In this document: piece after piece, positions 62,526-64,000 of the stretch
How positions within the stretch are numbered: position 1 is the stretch's first letter
Layout: the number at the start of each line of letters is the position of its first letter
IMG/VR virus record: IMGVR_UViG_3300015608_004971
From: a virus
Lineage: Duplodnaviria; Caudoviricetes
DNA: 64,000 nt
Reading direction: 5' to 3' (one strand)
Program-made: the position numbers and the translations under genes
The notes under the pieces: model-generated
What the model was told of the DNA's origin: nothing
Seen by the model: the letters and a program-made list of their open reading frames with translations, nothing else
Databases searched by the model: none

Positions 62526-63308
62526 ATGAATGAACTAATAAAAAAATTAGCTCTAAGAGCAGAATCTATTGGAATAACAAAACATCAATTTGATTTTATT
62601 GTTTCTTCTTATAATAGAAGTGATCGTTTTTATCACAATTTGAAACATATTGCTGATTGTTTCGATTTGTATGATAGAACTATTAATAATTTTGCTTTTA
62701 CTCAGACTGAAAAGTTAATTATTCAATTAGCAATTATGTATCATGATGTAGTTTATGATGTCAAAAATCATAACGGCGAAAATGAATTACTTTCTGCTGC
62801 TTTAGCAAATTATCATTGCAAATCACATGATCATGAAAAACTAGCTTATATGATTGAAAGATCTTTTGCGCATAAAGAATCACAATTTGCATGTGTAAAT
62901 TATTTTCTTGATATTGATATGTCAATTCTTGGAACAGATGAGTCTTCTTTTAAAGAGTATAGAGATAACATAAGAAAAGAATATTCTATTTATGATGATG
63001 TTACATTTTTTAAAGCAACAGTGAAATTTTGTAACAATTTGTTAACTAAAAGAATTTATCATACTGAACTCTTTTATAGAGAATTTGAGGAAAATGCTAA
63101 AAATAATTTAAAGAAATGTAAGAATGAAGCATTAAAAATGCTAGTTAAAAATATTTTTTTAGAATATCATAAAGTTGAATCTTTAACTAAAGATGAACTT
63201 CTTGAAATTTCATCTTTGTTTGATACAAAATGTGAAATTCCTGCTTCTTGTACGAAAGAAGAAATCCTTATGTCATTAGGACCAGTTTTTGCGTTTTATC
63301 TAACTTAA
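62526..63308 (+). CDS. HD-domain phosphohydrolase
   Basis: 'RFYHNLKH', 'YHDVVYD', 'NE..SA', 'D.DMSILG', 'IRKEY'. Confidence 0.85.
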   Translation: MNELIKKLALRAESIGITKHQFDFIVSSYNRSDRFYHNLKHIADCFDLYDRTINNFAFTQTEKLIIQLAIMYHDVVYDVKNHNGENELLSAALANYHCKSHDHEKLAYMIERSFAHKESQFACVNYFLDIDMSILGTDESSFKEYRDNIRKEYSIYDDVTFFKATVKFCNNLLTKRIYHTELFYREFEENAKNNLKKCKNEALKMLVKNIFLEYHKVESLTKDELLEISSLFDTKCEIPASCTKEEILMSLGPVFAFYLT

Positions 63309-63358
63309 AATTAGAAAATTTATTGTATGTTTTAGATTTTATACAACGGTAGTGAAAT

Positions 63359-63604
63359 ATGATAATTACATTAATCAAATATATTGATACTGAAATTCCT
63401 GATCCACCAACGGGATTTTATTGGAATTCTGACAATTATCTTTGTAAAGAAGACAATGATAAGAAAATTGCTTTTTTGGAACTTTCTAAAAATGATTATT
63501 TTTATGTCCGTTTCATGCACAATGGCGAAAATAAATATTCTCTATTTGAAAATAGAATAGAAGCAATTAATTGGCTTTATAAATTATTAAATGATGTTTG
63601 TTGA
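63359..63604 (+). CDS. Hypothetical protein
   Basis: 81 aa. Confidence 0.45.
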   Translation: MIITLIKYIDTEIPDPPTGFYWNSDNYLCKEDNDKKIAFLELSKNDYFYVRFMHNGENKYSLFENRIEAINWLYKLLNDVC

Positions 63605-63607
63605 AAA

Positions 63608-63799
63608 ATGAAAAAAATTATAACAAAATCTTCACAAAAGAAAGATCCAAGAAGAAAGATCCTAAAGCAAATAATTTATGCTAGACAAAAACCATACAAA
63701 TGGAATCCTTTTAGAGATTTAGAGTGCGTTGATTTGCATAAATTTATTGACGGCGTTATTGTTGCAACATTTCTTAAAAAGCGGAAAAATTTAAAATGA
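63608..63799 (+). CDS. Small basic protein
   Basis: 63 aa. Confidence 0.4.
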   Translation: MKKIITKSSQKKDPRRKILKQIIYARQKPYKWNPFRDLECVDLHKFIDGVIVATFLKKRKNLK

Positions 63800-64000
63800 A
63801 TAATAACAAAAAATATAATTTAACAATTCAAGATATCGATCTTAGTCCATTTATAGATGAGCATCAAAAAAATCAAAGTGATGAGGAAAAGCTACAATTT
63901 GCTAAAATTATAATTGATGATCTTTTTTCATATATGATTGTGCAAATTCATTTTAATGAGCTAAACAATTTGAGCTACGATTCTATTTCAGAGGATGTAA
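63796..64000 (+). CDS. Partial ORF running off the window end
   Basis: ATGA overlap, open frame to 64000. Confidence 0.45.
   Translation, partial: MNNNKKYNLTIQDIDLSPFIDEHQKNQSDEEKLQFAKIIIDDLFSYMIVQIHFNELNNLSYDSISEDV

Overview
A 64 kb, strongly AT-rich segment of a large contractile-tailed (myovirus-like, T4-style module) bacteriophage genome. Essentially all real genes are on the + strand and use the standard code. Layout: (1-13.9 kb) neck, tail and baseplate module; (14-34 kb) replication and nucleotide metabolism: minimal PolA, FtsZ/tubulin-like protein, gp32-like SSB, RecA/UvsX, 5'-3' exonuclease, DnaB and class II RNR each carrying a mini-intein, ThyX, a DnaE broken into two genes by a naturally split intein around a decayed endonuclease, dUTPase, IMPDH/GMP-reductase family enzyme; (35-42 kb) GroEL, lysis-like genes, DNA ligase; (42.5-64 kb) early/accessory region with five identical GC-rich promoter/stem-loop cassettes, a variable-repeat paralog family, RNA repair enzymes, PurA, SpoU methylase, endonuclease V, MoxR ATPase, tRNA-Ile(UAU), tRNA-Leu(UAA) and a lysyl-tRNA synthetase. 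Most notable: the split-intein DnaE, the promoter cassettes with their repeat-protein family, two candidate programmed frameshifts missed by the ORF track, a possible G-to-A nucleotide funnel, and a tRNA repair/charging toolkit. All calls come from motif recognition by eye; no database searches were run.
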